Shown here: one piece after another, positions 61,662 to 64,000 of the stretch | Numbering within the stretch: the stretch's first letter is position 1 | How the letters are laid out: each line of letters begins with the position of its first letter | Assembly (NCBI GenBank): GCA_907165135.1 | Contig: OU015567.1 | Coordinates: 8,990,001-9,054,000, forward strand | Length of the DNA stretch: 64,000 nucleotides | Source of the DNA: Oikopleura dioica | Lineage: Eukaryota > Animalia > Chordata | Direction of reading: 5' to 3' | Notes under the pieces: generated by a model | What the model saw: only the letters and a program-made list of their open reading frames with translations | Database searches by the model: none | What the model was told of the DNA's origin: nothing | Program-made: the position numbers and the translations under genes

Positions 61662-62000
61662 GTTTTCGAGTCTTGAAGGGGAGATGTTCTTTCTCAGAAT
61701 TTTCTTTCTGAGGGAAATCGTCGTAGATAACGGAATTACGCGTTACTTCATTCGGAAATTTTAGTTTCACTGATTTTTTCGATCCCTTTTTGACAGTTTT
61801 GTAAAAATAGAAATTCGCGAAAAGCAGATTACTCAAAATTGGATATGTTTTCTTCTGAGTGAGTATTTTAATTTTTTTTTTGATGATCTTCTTCTTTGAT
61901 TTTTGTGATTTTGTTATTTGATTGAAAAATTTTCGAAGATTCAAATTTGATTCCAGCACCGTTTATATTATTTTCTTGAGTTTTTATCCGTTTTTACAGT

Positions 62001-64000
62001 CAACTGCAAGTGACCTTCGAAGTTGCGTTTAATTTGGACACGGTTTACAACTTGGACTTGTTCCAGAAAGGCTGGTATAAGATCAAGATCATTCCAATCA
62101 ACGAAAAATGCGTCGAATGCATGAGACATCCCAGTGGCGCCCAGGAGAAAAACGCCGAATTCTCCCCTTGTTACATTCGTTATCGAAGAGAAGAGCGCAA
62201 AATTGGTAAAGAACGGGCTGGTAGAATTGATTGAAATTTCTGTTTAGCGGAGAACTGGTTATTTCGAATCCACCGGTTGGTTTCGTCGAAGCCTATTTTG
62301 GGCGATAATCCGCTCGAAATCGAGGCTGAATTTTCAATCGAACTCTGGTTTGGCGAAGACGACGGTGAGGAAGGTAGACTAGTTGCAGTGGAGACTGATT
62401 CGAGTACACTAGAATCACTTCGCTTTTCATTTTTTTTTATTTAAAATGATCAATTAAAATAGTTTGAAATTGATTTTTTTTTTGAAAAAATAAAAATTAA
62501 AATTTTTGAATTTCATTTCTACGGTGCCTTCATTTCTAATTACAAGAAAACCCAAACTGCAAAACTTGAAATTTCGCCATTTTTTCTGGTTCAGAAGCAG
62601 TTTCCACGCGCCGCCTGAATCTGGTCTTGAAGCCTACCCTTCACGACGTCTGCAATGTAACTTTCGATTATGGCTTTATGTTGAGTACGAGACTGGCTGT
62701 TCATGGAGCAATTACTATAATCAACCAGGTAGCTCCATTTACATTTAGTTTGTTTAGTCATCTTTCATTCCATCTTAGAAAAGTGACAGAGTCAGAAATT
62801 CGTTTCCATTAATTTCGGTAGTATTTTTATCAAATTCCTTTCCGTCGGAAAGTTTCCGAGTTGCTGAATGCTAAATTAAAATTCCAACTGAAGGATTTTC
62901 CTGGAATTTTTTTTTGCAGAAGAAAACGATCTCGTTCAGTCGTTTTCTTAGGTCTCGAGTGGGCACTTACTATGGGGTTTTATGGGGCTGAGGCTGTGTT
63001 TGATTCGTGCAGGCACCAAATATTATCTTACTGGCTGACAGCCTCCATATTGCCCATAGAAATATGCCCACCCTAATTGTTATATAGTGAAAAATTTTTC
63101 AGAAAAACCTTCTTCAAATGCTAAATTTCTAGCCTTACAGTCGAGAACTGATAGTGGACGAAGAACCAAATCGTCTGGAAAAAGCGCTTCTGAATCGAGC
63201 CGAAATCGAAAACAGCGAAATGAACGAAGAACAACTTTTTTCATTTATTTGCTCGGGACAGCTGAGGATCATCCGGCAGCTCCATCGGACAATCAAAGGT
63301 TCTTATTTCTCTAAAAATGATGATTAAGTTTTCTTTTCAAGCACTGAAAGAAGCTACGCGGCTGGCCCAGCGCGTGAGCGACAAAAATCCGCCGAAAATC
63401 GAAAGCGAAGAAGAAATCCTAGCCGACGACAAAAAGTATTTAGACAACGTCGTCGACAAAACCGCAAAACTGCCAAAGAAGCCAAATGAAAACGCATCTC
63501 TTCAGGAGAAAAAAGCTTATTCCGATCAACAGGAGAAAATTCGAGCTGACATCATCAATCAAGTAAGTTAAAAAAGCGCCCTTTTGAAGGGTTAACGCTC
63601 TTTAGATTCAAGTAAATCTGGCGAAAAGCAGCTCGAAAGTGATGAATGTGTGGAAGGACTTTCTCGATGTTTATTTAAAAGACAGGAGTTGGAAGAGAGA
63701 GCTTTCGGTGAAAAATCGTGGCCTGAGAATGGAAAGATATCTCGGCGGCGCGCTATCGTTTATGAACATCGTCAAGCTCAGCAAAAATAAACACACGCGT
63801 AAGATTTATTAATTAAAAAAAAAGCAATGGATAATTATTTTATACTTTCAGTGGAGTATTACGACCAGCTACGGGATAAAATGCTGGCTTCGACGTTCTG
63901 GGCGCATTTGCCGCGTCCGCCCGTTTTGGTTCAAGAAACGGACGGATTCAATTCAGACTTGCCGATCATTATTCGAGATTGTTACGAAAAAGACCCTTCA
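62001..64000 (+). CDS. FAM135-like protein, 5' part (continues beyond the window)
   Basis: FEVAFNLDTVYNLDLFQKGWYKIK and ...YIRYRREE resemble the FAM135 N-terminus (KFYNVDLFQRGFYQI); VTFDYGF...AVHG. Confidence 0.6.

Overview
Eukaryotic, very compact animal genomic DNA: introns are mostly 40-50 nt, some are non-canonical GA-AG/GC-AG, and intergenic spaces are tiny. This fits the larvacean tunicate Oikopleura dioica (inferred, not verified). Host genes, in order: dynamin, an orphan 3' half of CPSF2 bracketed by inverted repeats, a KCNMB-like channel subunit, an LRR protein, an SLC6 transporter, SMYD5-like, a trypsin-mucin-TM protein, a DEG/ENaC channel, an astacin, RPS8, ATAT1 and FAM135-like. 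There are also two MITEs and a three-member family of small CCHC zinc-finger-like genes. The main feature is an intact 11.2-kb Ty3/gypsy (Tor-like) LTR retrotransposon at 35633-46845 (minus strand) with apparently identical 299-bp LTRs. Its gag and pol are in one frame, separated by a UGA-CUAG readthrough signal. No env is recognisable. Between pol and the 3' LTR it carries an 8-exon, 7-intron antisense gene of about 1017 aa with no homology I recognise, plus a divergently oriented 267-aa NLS-bearing ORF. Its LTR termini are non-canonical (C...G) with an apparent 3-bp target site duplication.
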